DNA of 55,611 nt, taken from Thermoleophilia bacterium (lineage in GTDB: Bacteria; Actinomycetota; Thermoleophilia; Solirubrobacterales; 70-9). Below are positions 11,548-19,556 of this stretch, piece by piece. Each line of letters opens with the position of its first letter. Positions within the stretch are counted from its first letter, which is position 1. The position numbers were made by a program, and so were the translations under genes. The stretch is from contig JAENWU010000001.1 in the NCBI GenBank assembly GCA_016649905.1, positions 1 to 55,611 on the forward strand. Direction: 5' to 3'. The notes beneath the pieces are model-generated. The model was not told where the DNA came from, did no database searches, and saw only the letters and a list, made by a program, of their open reading frames with translations.

Positions 11548-12303
11548 ATGAGTGAGACCGAGCTCAGCGTCATCTGCAAGAACTGCGGCTCGGAGGTCAG
11601 TCCTTACGTCACCGAGTGTCCCTACTGCGGGGCGCGGTTGCGTAAGCGGGCCCCCAAGCTGGAGCGCCGGGGAGACGGGCTGGAGGCACAGCGGCCGCGT
11701 CGCCGGCGCCGGCTGCTGCCGCCGCGCCCAGCGATCCTCGCCGTCGACCGTCCCTACGCGACGCTGACGGTGATCCTCGGCTCGGCGATCCTGCTGCTCG
11801 TCCAGCAGGCGACCGGCTACGCGCTGATCAGCTTCGGCGGCCTGGTCGTGCCGTTCGCGGAAGAGTGGTGGCGGTACCTGAGCGCGCCCTTCGCCTACGG
11901 CGACGTCGGCTACCTGTTCGTCGTCGCGCTCGCTCTGGCGATCTTCTCGACCGGGGTCGAGCGCCGACTCGGCACCGCGCCGACCGCGGTCCTGCTGCTC
12001 GCCTGCGGCTCGCTCGGGATGCTGGCCGCCACCGGCGTCGCCAACGCCCAGGACGACATCGCCGTGATCGCGGGCGGCAACGGCATCGCCCTCGGAATGC
12101 TTGCCGCTTGGTTCGCGTTGCGGCGGGCCGAGGCCCGCGGCGCGATCGACCAGGAGTACGACCCGATCGCGGTCGCGGTCTGCGCCGTCGTCCTGCTGGC
12201 ACTGCCGATCTTCACCGGCGCCGACGTCGTCGCCGGCCTGGCGGGCGGCGTCGTCGGCGGTCTCGCCGGCCTCCTCGCCGCGACCCTGCGTCCCTCGCGC
12301 TGA
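11548..12303 (+). CDS. Rhomboid-fold membrane protein with N-terminal zinc ribbon; catalytic Ser/His/Asn all absent (pseudoprotease)
   Basis: CKNCGSEVSPYVTECPYCG is a CxxC...CxxC zinc ribbon. The rhomboid L1/TM2 signature WWRYLSAPF is present. The TM2 HxxxN is replaced (YGDVGYLFVVA) and GxSG is replaced by GGNGIA. The protein contains no histidine at all. Confidence 0.75.
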   Translation: MSETELSVICKNCGSEVSPYVTECPYCGARLRKRAPKLERRGDGLEAQRPRRRRRLLPPRPAILAVDRPYATLTVILGSAILLLVQQATGYALISFGGLVVPFAEEWWRYLSAPFAYGDVGYLFVVALALAIFSTGVERRLGTAPTAVLLLACGSLGMLAATGVANAQDDIAVIAGGNGIALGMLAAWFALRRAEARGAIDQEYDPIAVAVCAVVLLALPIFTGADVVAGLAGGVVGGLAGLLAATLRPSR

Positions 12304-12321
12304 GCTCGAGCGCCTGACCAT

Positions 12322-12490
12322 CTAGATGATTGATTCCCAACTCCGGCACACCCGGATGACGTGCCTGGCGCTTCGCATCTCGGCGTCCTCGGGCTCGCCT
12401 TTGGCACCACCAAAGGCTTCGCCCTCCGTCCTTGATCTGCTCGACCAGGCCCGCCCCCGGTCACACCGGAATTAGGAATCAATCATCTAG
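12322..12490. repeat. 169-bp intergenic element bounded by 34-nt imperfect (16-nt perfect, A/T-rich) terminal inverted repeats
   Basis: CTAGATGATTGATTCC at 12322-12337 and its exact reverse complement at 12475-12490. The arms extend to 34 nt with 6 transitions and 1 transversion. An internal hairpin GCCTTTGG/CCAAAGGC lies at 12397-12417. Confidence 0.6.
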
Positions 12491-12499
12491 GCTGAGCGG

Positions 12500-12835
12500 G
12501 TGCCGGATGAGAGCGAGTTCGAGGCCGCGATCGAGCGGCTGCTGGACCCCGAGCGCTTCTCCGAGGCCGAGCGGATCGTCGCCCAGGCGGCTCCACAGCT
12601 GCAGAAGGTCCTTGCCGCCGCCCTCGCCGAGGGCGGTTGGTTCGGTGGGCCGCACGAGGCCGAGGCCCTCCGGGCCGCCACCGTGCCCGACCCCGACGAG
12701 CGGATCGCCGCGGTGCGCGCCCTGCTCGCCGAGGAGGCGCGGATGGGAATGATGGTTGGGGTCGCCGTCGGCTGGGCACTGAAGGAAGAGATGAGCGCAA
12801 CGAACGAGACCGCAGATCCGAAGGGAGAGCGCTGA
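12500..12835 (+). CDS. Hypothetical protein
   Basis: 111-aa ORF with a GTG start, helical Ala/Glu-rich composition and one hydrophobic segment (MGMMVGVAVGWAL). It stops one base before the next gene. Confidence 0.55.
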   Translation: MPDESEFEAAIERLLDPERFSEAERIVAQAAPQLQKVLAAALAEGGWFGGPHEAEALRAATVPDPDERIAAVRALLAEEARMGMMVGVAVGWALKEEMSATNETADPKGER

Positions 12836-12836
12836 G

Positions 12837-13553
12837 ATGGAGATCAAGTTCCACGGCCAGTCCTGCTTCGAGCTGAGTGAGGGGGGGACCACGGTGCTGA
12901 CCGACCCGTTCCTCAAGCCCAACAACCCCGCCGCCGTGCATACCGGCGAGGAAGTCGAGCCGACCCACATCGCGATCAGCCATGGCCATGCCGACCACAT
13001 CGCCGACGCCGTCGCGGTGGCGAAGCGCACCGGCGCCCACTGCGTGGCGATCGTCGAGCTCGCCGAATGGCTGAAAGGCCAGGGGATCGAGAACCTCAGC
13101 GACCCCAACCTCGGCGGCAAGGTCGAGTTCGATTGGGGCTACGTCGGCCTCGTCCCGGCCTGGCACACCAACACCCTTCCCGGCTCCGAAGACGCCCCCT
13201 ACAGTTCCGAGCACGGCATCGTCATCGGCCCCGCCGCCGGCCTGGTGATCAAGATCGGCGAGACGACCGTCTACCACGCCGGCGACACCTGCTTGTTCAG
13301 CGACATGCAGCTCGTCCCCCGGCTCCACGGCGACATCGACGTATTCCTCCTGCCGATCGGCGGCCACTACACGATGGATCGCCATGCGGCGGTCCTCGCC
13401 GCAGAGTTCGTCGGCGCCAAGACCGTGATCCCGATGCACTACGACACCTTCCCGCCGATCGAGACCGACGCCGAGGCGTTCAAGGCCGACGTCGAGGCGA
13501 AAACCTCCTCGCAGGTCGTGGTTCTGAAACCGGGCGAGTCGCACTCCGTCTAG
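12837..13553 (+). CDS. UPF0173-family metal-dependent hydrolase (metallo-beta-lactamase fold)
   Basis: MEIKFHGQSCFEL...VLTDPF...HIAISHGHADHIADA (HxHxDH motif)...PIGGHYTM. Length is 238 aa. Confidence 0.85.
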   Translation: MEIKFHGQSCFELSEGGTTVLTDPFLKPNNPAAVHTGEEVEPTHIAISHGHADHIADAVAVAKRTGAHCVAIVELAEWLKGQGIENLSDPNLGGKVEFDWGYVGLVPAWHTNTLPGSEDAPYSSEHGIVIGPAAGLVIKIGETTVYHAGDTCLFSDMQLVPRLHGDIDVFLLPIGGHYTMDRHAAVLAAEFVGAKTVIPMHYDTFPPIETDAEAFKADVEAKTSSQVVVLKPGESHSV

Positions 13554-13633
13554 GGCCAATGCGAGAAACTGGCTAGCTGGCCAGTCTGGTGTTACGCTCG
13601 CCTCCGACCCAATGTCGACGGAGGGAGTGGGAG

Positions 13634-14557
13634 ATGGAGGCGAGAGAGGCGTCGGGGACGCAGCCGCGGACTGAGCGAGCCGATTTCCAGGCAACCGCCG
13701 ACCCGGCGCTGATGGAGGCGGCCGATCGCACCGCCGACGTCAAGCTGCTCGACTACAAGGAGCTCTACGAACTCTGGGAGCGCCAGCAGTGGCAGACCCA
13801 GGAGCTGGACTTCAGCCGCGACCGCGAGGACTGGCACCAGCGGATCTCGCCCGAGGAGCGCTTCCAGCGGATGTACGGGCTCTCCTCGTTCTTCATCGGC
13901 GAGCAGAAGGTGGCGGAGGAGCTCGGGCCGATCATGCGGGCCGCCCCGACCGAGGACCAGAAAATCTTCCTCTGCACGCAGATCGCCGACGAGGCCCGCC
14001 ACGTGCGCTTCTTCGAGCGCTTCTACCGCGAGGTCGGCGTGCTCGAGGCCGACGGGCTGAGCGAGATGCTGGCGGAGACCTCAGCTCACCTCAACGACAA
14101 CTTCGGCCGGCTCTTCGACGAGATGCTGGCCCAGCGCACCGCGCGACTCTCGGTCGAGCCGGAGGACACCGAGGCCCTGGTCGAGGCGGTGACGCTCTAC
14201 CACATGGTCATCGAGGGGATGCTGGCCCTGACCGGGCAGCACTTCATCATGGACTTCAACGAACGCGAAGGCACCCTGCCGGCCTTTGTCGAGGGCTTCC
14301 AGAAGGTCGCCCGCGACGAGCACCGCCACGTCGCCTTCGGCTCCGTTTTCCTGCGTGAGAAGGCGCACCAGGACGAGCGCTACAAGCAGGCGATCCAGCG
14401 CACTCTGGAGGAATCGCTGCCGGTCGCCGACGGCGTGCTCTCACCGCCCTGGGCCGAAGAGGACGACTTCGAGCTGTTCGGCTACTCGCTCGAGGAAACG
14501 CGGGAATTCGCCGGCACCTGCCTAATGCGGCGGCTGAAAGTGATCGGCCTCGGCTAG
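13634..14557 (+). CDS. R2-like ligand-binding oxidase / ribonucleotide reductase small-subunit-like ferritin-fold di-iron protein
   Basis: Metal ligands are FFIGEQKV, DEARH (ExxH), VIEGM and DEHRH (ExxH). The residue at the radical-Tyr position (H+4) is Phe. ATG 13634 is preceded by GGAGGGAG. The upstream part of the 322-aa ORF is not needed. Confidence 0.75.
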   Translation: MEAREASGTQPRTERADFQATADPALMEAADRTADVKLLDYKELYELWERQQWQTQELDFSRDREDWHQRISPEERFQRMYGLSSFFIGEQKVAEELGPIMRAAPTEDQKIFLCTQIADEARHVRFFERFYREVGVLEADGLSEMLAETSAHLNDNFGRLFDEMLAQRTARLSVEPEDTEALVEAVTLYHMVIEGMLALTGQHFIMDFNEREGTLPAFVEGFQKVARDEHRHVAFGSVFLREKAHQDERYKQAIQRTLEESLPVADGVLSPPWAEEDDFELFGYSLEETREFAGTCLMRRLKVIGLG

Positions 14558-16185
14558 GGGTGGAGCTGGGCCGCTTCTTCGGCGGCCTGCTGCCCGGGGT
14601 CGGTCGAGCCGGACCCGGCGGGGGGAGTCGATTCAGCCGGCGGCGCCGGTGGTGGGCCGGTCGGCGGGCCAGCCGCAGCCTCGGGGGTCGTCGGACCGCT
14701 CGGTTGCGGGGCGACGGTGACGACAACGGTGCCGGTGCTGCCGTGGGCGCCAGCGGCGCCTTCGGAGGGCAGCGCCGGGGCGATGCCCTCGGAGTCCGGA
14801 TCGCCGACTTCTCCTTCGCCGGCAGCCGACTGGCCGGCTTCTTCTTCGGCGAGCGTTGTAGCGGCTGCTTCGTCTTCACTGGGGACGGCGACCGGCGGCA
14901 CCGTTTCGACGGCGGCGGCTTCAGGTGGGTGCAGCTCGGGGGCGGGCGTCGTCTCGACAACGGCCGCCGCGTGGCCGGCTTCGATTGCGGGGACGACCGT
15001 TGCCGGCGGCGTTCCGTATTTGAGCGTGCTCACCTTGGCGACGCTGTTGTTGGCGCCGGCCGGGGTGCCCATGTTCTGCTTCACCTCGACCGCGGCGCCG
15101 GCGGTGAGCACCGCGGCGGTGACGACACCGGCGACTGCCTTGGTGCCGATCGCGCCGCCGATCGCGCCGAGCCCGCCGGCGGCACCGCCGCCACCGAGCA
15201 TCGCGCCGACGCCGCTGACCGCACCGGCACCGGCCGCGCTAGCGCCAGCGGCACCCGCGCCGGCTGCACCGGCGCCGCCGGCACTGCTGGCGGCGCCGCC
15301 ACCGAGACCGAGCTTGGCGGCGATGAAGCCTTTGAAGGCGATCAGCGGACCGATCGGGAACAGCGCCCCCAGCATCTTCTCGTTGGAGCGAACCTTGGAG
15401 CGGAAGTCAGCGCACTCCTCGCACTCGCGGACGTGGCGGCGGACCGGGGCGGAGACCTTGCGCAGCCCCTCGGCCGCTTCGGAGAGCTCGACGTGGACCT
15501 CGCCACAGGTCAGTAGGCGCGCCTGGCTGGCCTCGGCCAGCGAGATCCGGGCCCGCACCAGCAGCGACTTGACCGAGGGCACCGTGGTCTCCATCGCGGC
15601 GGCGATCTCCTCGTAGGAGAGGGCGTCCATCTCGCGCAGCAGCAACGCCGAGCGCTGGGTCTCGGGAAGTTTGTTGACGTCGCTGAGGATCTGCCGGAAC
15701 TCCTCGCGGTTGTGGACGCGCTCGGCGGTCGAGGAAGCTTCGACGGCGGGCACCATGTCCATCGATTCCTGGGCGTCGGCGGTCGGCTTGCGCAGGTAGT
15801 TGAGGCAGCGGTTGCGGGCGATCCGGTAGAGCCAGGGGCGGAGGTTGATCTCGCGCTCGTCGCGGAGCATCGCTTTGTAGGCGTTGACGAAGACCTCCTG
15901 CAGCACGTCTTCGGCGTCCTCGGTCGAGCCGAGCATCTGCCGGCAGAAGCCGAGCAGGCGTCCCTGGTAGCGGTCGACGATCGTCTCGAAGGCGCCGGGG
16001 TTGCCGCCGCGCGCCATCGCGATCAGCTTCTCGTCGCCCTGCAGTTTCAGCAGGGGCGAGCGGCGGGCCAAGAGTCCGCGGCGACTGGCGTGCGTTAGTG
16101 CTGATGCCTCCAAGCTCTCCTCCAGGGAAGGCGTTCTTTTACTCAAGGACACGGTAACAGCGCCGGAGTTGCGCACTGCCAACAT
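14554..16185 (-). CDS. ECF-type sigma-70 factor fused to a ZAS (HxxxCxxC) anti-sigma domain, TM segments and a Pro/Ala/Glu-rich tail
   Basis: Region 2 is EDVLQEVFVNAYKAM and RPWLYRIARNRCLNYLR. Region 4 is LPETQRSALLLREMDALSYEEIAAAMETTVPSVKSLLVRAR. Then come RRHVRECEEC, Gly/Ala-rich hydrophobic segments and about 200 aa of low complexity. Its stop overlaps the R2-like gene stop (CTAG). Confidence 0.8.
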   Translation of the reverse strand: MLAVRNSGAVTVSLSKRTPSLEESLEASALTHASRRGLLARRSPLLKLQGDEKLIAMARGGNPGAFETIVDRYQGRLLGFCRQMLGSTEDAEDVLQEVFVNAYKAMLRDEREINLRPWLYRIARNRCLNYLRKPTADAQESMDMVPAVEASSTAERVHNREEFRQILSDVNKLPETQRSALLLREMDALSYEEIAAAMETTVPSVKSLLVRARISLAEASQARLLTCGEVHVELSEAAEGLRKVSAPVRRHVRECEECADFRSKVRSNEKMLGALFPIGPLIAFKGFIAAKLGLGGGAASSAGGAGAAGAGAAGASAAGAGAVSGVGAMLGGGGAAGGLGAIGGAIGTKAVAGVVTAAVLTAGAAVEVKQNMGTPAGANNSVAKVSTLKYGTPPATVVPAIEAGHAAAVVETTPAPELHPPEAAAVETVPPVAVPSEDEAAATTLAEEEAGQSAAGEGEVGDPDSEGIAPALPSEGAAGAHGSTGTVVVTVAPQPSGPTTPEAAAGPPTGPPPAPPAESTPPAGSGSTDPGQQAAEEAAQLHP

Positions 16186-16251
16186 TTACTGCGCCTTTAT
16201 TGCCTTGCAGGATCGATTCCGGGCGCTCTGCAGGCGGGATACCATCGCTCA

Positions 16252-16337
16252 GCCCGGGTGGCGAAACTGGTAAAAGCGGCGCCCTTAAAAGGCGCTGCCC
16301 CTTCGGGGGCTTGCGGGTTCGAGTCCCGCCCCGGGCA
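16252..16337 (+). tRNA. tRNA-Leu (anticodon UAA)
   Basis: 86 nt. The acceptor stem is GCCCGGG/CCCGGGC plus a discriminator A. The anticodon stem is GCGCC/GGCGC with loop CTTAAAA. It has a long variable arm (GCCCC TTCG GGGGC) and a T arm GCGGG TTCGAGT CCCGC. Confidence 0.9.
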
Positions 16338-16362
16338 TTCCCGTACCGATAGGCTCTGGCGC

Positions 16363-17976
16363 ATGCAGGAGCACGGGGGGCGCCTGGTCGCCAAGGTCTT
16401 GAAGTCGCGCGGGGTCGAGTGCCTGTTCACGCTCTCCGGCGGCCACCTCTTCTCGATCTACGACGGCTGCAAGGAGGAGGGGATCCGGATCCTCGACGTC
16501 CGCCACGAGCAGACCGCCGCCTTTGCTGCCGAGGGCCTGGCGAAGGCGACGCGGACGCCCGGCGTGGCGGCGCTGACCGCGGGCCCGGGGGTCACCAACG
16601 GGCTCAGCGCGATCGCCGGCGCCCAGGCCAACAACTCGCCGATCTGCGTGCTCGGCGGCCGCGCCCCGGAGCTGCGCTGGGGCTCGGGCTCGCTGCAGGA
16701 GATCGACCACCTGCCCTTCGTCTCACCGCTGGTCAAGTCGGCGCAGACCGTCAAGGAGCCGGGCCAGATCGCGGCGATGACGGCGGCGGCGCTGGACCTG
16801 GCCGCGGCGGCGCCCAGCGGCCCGACCTTCCTCGACTATCCGCTCGACGTCGTCTTCACCGAGGCCGAGGTTGCGATCCCGCCCCTCCCGGCGGCCGGCG
16901 AGGCCCAGCCGGCGGCGGGGGTGGAGGAGGCGGCGGCGCTGCTGGCCGCCGCTGAGCGCCCGGTCGTGATGGCCGGCAGCGGCCTCTACTGGGGCCATGG
17001 CGAGCAAGAGCTGCAGGCGCTGGCGGAAGCACTCGGGATCCCGGTCTTCCTCAACGGGCTCGGCCGCGGTTGCCTCGCCGCCGACCACGAGCTCGCCTTC
17101 AGCCGCGCCCGCGGAACCGGGCTGCAGGGGGCGGACGTGGCCCTGGTGGTCGGCGTGCCGATGGACTTCCGGCTCGGCTTCGGCGCCAGCTTCGGCGAGG
17201 AGACGAAGATCGTCCGCCTCGACGTGGCTCCGAACAAGCTCAGCGCCAACCGGGCCCCCGAGGTCGACCTGGTCGGCGATGTGAGGGCGAGCCTGGCGGC
17301 GATCCGCGAGGCCGCCGGCGCCGAGCGCCGCAGCGAGCGCTGGCTGGAGCAGCTGCGCGGGGTGGAGGCTGAGCGGCGCCAGGCCGAGCGCGAGGAGCTC
17401 GACGATCCACGCTCGCCGCTGCATCCGGTGCGGGTCTACCGCGAGCTGGGCGAGGTGCTCGATCGCGACGCGATCGTGATCGGCGACGGCGGCGACTTCG
17501 TCTCCTACGCCGGTCGCTACATCGACACCTACCAGCCGGGCTGCTGGATGGACCCGGGCCCGTTCGGCTGTCTCGGCGCCGGCCCCGGCCAGGCGATCGG
17601 CGCCAAGGTCGCCCACCCCGAGCGCCAGGTTTGCCTGCTGCTCGGCGACGGCGCCTTCGGTTTCGCCGGGATGGAGTTCGACACGATGGCGCGCCACGGT
17701 CTCGGCGTCGTCGGCGTGATCGGCAACAACGGGATCTGGGCGCTCGAGCACCACCCGATGAAGTTCCTCTACGGCTACTCGGTCGCGGCCGAGCTGCGGC
17801 CGGAAACGCGCTACGACGAGCTGGTCGAATCGCTGGGCTGCGACGGCGTCCTGGTCCGCCACCCGGACGAGCTGCGGCCGGCGCTGGAGCGGGCCTTCGA
17901 ATCCGGGCGGCCGACGCTGGTCAACGTCCTCACCGATCCCGAGGTCGTCTACCCGCGCAAATCGAACCTCGCCTGA
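16363..17976 (+). CDS. Thiamine-pyrophosphate-dependent enzyme, acetolactate synthase / oxalyl-CoA decarboxylase family
   Basis: GVECLFTLSGGH, GPGVTNG and the TPP motif GDGAFGF-x-NNGIW. Start is set at ATG 16363 because the ORF-track start (16258) lies inside the tRNA-Leu gene. Confidence 0.85.
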   Translation: MQEHGGRLVAKVLKSRGVECLFTLSGGHLFSIYDGCKEEGIRILDVRHEQTAAFAAEGLAKATRTPGVAALTAGPGVTNGLSAIAGAQANNSPICVLGGRAPELRWGSGSLQEIDHLPFVSPLVKSAQTVKEPGQIAAMTAAALDLAAAAPSGPTFLDYPLDVVFTEAEVAIPPLPAAGEAQPAAGVEEAAALLAAAERPVVMAGSGLYWGHGEQELQALAEALGIPVFLNGLGRGCLAADHELAFSRARGTGLQGADVALVVGVPMDFRLGFGASFGEETKIVRLDVAPNKLSANRAPEVDLVGDVRASLAAIREAAGAERRSERWLEQLRGVEAERRQAEREELDDPRSPLHPVRVYRELGEVLDRDAIVIGDGGDFVSYAGRYIDTYQPGCWMDPGPFGCLGAGPGQAIGAKVAHPERQVCLLLGDGAFGFAGMEFDTMARHGLGVVGVIGNNGIWALEHHPMKFLYGYSVAAELRPETRYDELVESLGCDGVLVRHPDELRPALERAFESGRPTLVNVLTDPEVVYPRKSNLA

Positions 17977-18054
17977 ACCTTTACTGAAGTCGCTTCAATT
18001 TGGCTTGGCCAGCGGACCATTTAGACGCTCCGGCGCAGACCGGCCCCAAAACAA

Positions 18055-18084
18055 GAATCGGCCGTCATCGCTGACGGCCGATTC
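18055..18084 (-). terminator. Intrinsic terminator hairpin (13-bp perfect stem, 4-nt loop)
   Basis: GAATCGGCCGTCA TCGC TGACGGCCGATTC. On the minus strand it is followed by CTTGTTTTGG. On the plus strand there is no U-tract. Confidence 0.6.
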
Positions 18085-18415
18085 AAGCTGATCCCTCAGG
18101 ACGGGCAGGGGTACGTCTTCAGGGACCATTTATTTGATGGGCTCAGACGGCGGGAGGCGCCATGATGCGGCAATCGCCTAAGCCCTGTAACCAGGTTCAA
18201 AGCGAGGAATAATCCCCACTCGTCCCCGGTAAGGCGATTATGCGCTCGGCTATCCGATGCGTCTAGTCGCCGCGAATCAGCGTACCAAATTCCAGGTAGA
18301 CAGCAACTACCCACTTCTTGTGGTTCGGCTCTCGCAGTAGCCCATTTGGCCTACTGCACCGGTATCGGCCATCCACCCGGTACCGAGGGGTTCTCCGACC
18401 GGATGGCGAAGTTTC
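18085..18415 (-). ncRNA. Candidate structured non-coding RNA or long ppx 3' UTR (unclassified)
   Basis: About 330 nt with visibly lower GC than the flanks and no convincing ORF. Several local hairpins are present, e.g. GCAGTAG/CTACTGC at 18334-18357 and CCATCC/GGATGG at 18369-18406. It is capped by the terminator at 18055-18084. The class is not recognised. Confidence 0.3.
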
Positions 18416-19342
18416 CTACTTCGGCTCAGCTGCCGCCAGCGCCGCCCCGTAGAGGATGTCGTGCTCGGAGACGGTAATTCGCTCGAGCCCGAAGGCGCGC
18501 ATCGCCTCGACCAGGATGACGACGCCGGCGACGATCGTCGGCGCTCGCTCGGGGTGCATCCCCGGGATCTCGACCCGCGCCGCCAGCGGGGCCGAGGCGA
18601 GCCGCGACAGCATCCGCTGGATCGAGCGCAGCTCCAGCACGTGGCCGTGGACCCGCTCGGGGTCGTAGGGGACCAGTTCCATCTCGACCGCGGCCAGCGA
18701 GGTCGGCGTGCCGGCGACGGCGATCCCCTCCTCGGCGCTGATCCCGGGCTCGAGCGCCGACTCGATCAGGCCGCGGACGTCGGCGGCGAGGCCTTCGAGC
18801 TCGATCGCCGTCGGCGGGTCGGAGCCGATGTGGCGCTCGGTGTGGCGGACGACGCCGGCCTGCAGCGAGGTGTGGAAGTCGATCCGGTTGCCGTGCCCCA
18901 CGACCAGCTCGGTCGAGCCGCCGCCGATGTCGATCACCAGCGTCGGCCGGGTCGGCGAGTGCTCGGAGGTGGTGCCGAGATAGGTGAGCCGGGCCTCCTC
19001 CTCGCCGTCGAGGACCCGGGCCGAGAGCGCGAAGCGCTCGCGCAGCTCGGCGACGAAGGCGCCGCCGTTCTCGGCATCGCGGACAGCGCTGGTCGCGATC
19101 GCGTCGACGGTCTCGACCCCGAAGGCCTCGATCGCCTCGACGTACTCCCCGATCGCCCGGCAAGCGTCCTCGATCGCCTCGGCCGAGAGCCGGCCGGAGA
19201 GGTCGACGCCGCGGCCCAGCCGCGTCACCGTGCTGCGCCGCTCGATCGGCGCCACCCGGCCCCCCTCGACGTCGGCGACCAGCAGCCGCGCCGAGTTGGT
19301 GCCGACGTCGATCACCCCGACCCGTTTCGTCCCCTCCGACAT
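18416..19342 (-). CDS. ppx: Ppx/GppA-family phosphatase (exopolyphosphatase)
   Basis: VGVIDVGTNSARLLVADV, DIGGGSTELV and the ASKHA-fold pattern. 308 aa, the short Ppx form. Confidence 0.9.
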   Translation of the reverse strand: MSEGTKRVGVIDVGTNSARLLVADVEGGRVAPIERRSTVTRLGRGVDLSGRLSAEAIEDACRAIGEYVEAIEAFGVETVDAIATSAVRDAENGGAFVAELRERFALSARVLDGEEEARLTYLGTTSEHSPTRPTLVIDIGGGSTELVVGHGNRIDFHTSLQAGVVRHTERHIGSDPPTAIELEGLAADVRGLIESALEPGISAEEGIAVAGTPTSLAAVEMELVPYDPERVHGHVLELRSIQRMLSRLASAPLAARVEIPGMHPERAPTIVAGVVILVEAMRAFGLERITVSEHDILYGAALAAAEPK

Positions 19343-19441
19343 GGCCAGCCACTCTAGAGCGAGGCCGAACAGCGAAGTTCGTTGCGCAAATGAGCGCTCA
19401 CCGCGCCTGGCGCCCGCCCATTGCTACCATCGACAGACCGT

Positions 19442-19515
<74 letters not shown>

Positions 19516-19523
19516 TAGGACGG

Positions 19524-19556
19524 AAACCCGCTTATCAAGCGGGTTTTCGTGTTTTT
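19524..19556 (+). terminator. Intrinsic terminator after tRNA-fMet
   Basis: AAACCCGCT TATCA AGCGGGTTT followed by TCGTGTTTTT. Confidence 0.75.

Noticed and set aside
12326-12475. 49-codon ORF running from the left inverted repeat ATG to a TAG in the right repeat
   Set aside because: There is no RBS, the composition is Ser/Arg/Pro-rich, and it is probably a by-product of the palindromic ends. It cannot be excluded as a small peptide.
16258-16362. Upstream 35 codons of the TPP-enzyme ORF as given in the ORF track
   Set aside because: This stretch is the tRNA-Leu gene read as protein. The homologous N-terminus begins at ATG 16363.
18085-18415. RNase P RNA, tmRNA, SRP RNA or a cyclic-di-AMP/cobalamin riboswitch in the low-GC stretch
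   Set aside because: It lacks GAGGAAAGUCCGG and the P4 3' strand (RNase P). It has no tRNA-like 3' end (tmRNA), no GGAAGCAGCC-type SRP motif, and no B12 box. There is no downstream minus-strand gene for a riboswitch. It is kept only as an unclassified candidate.
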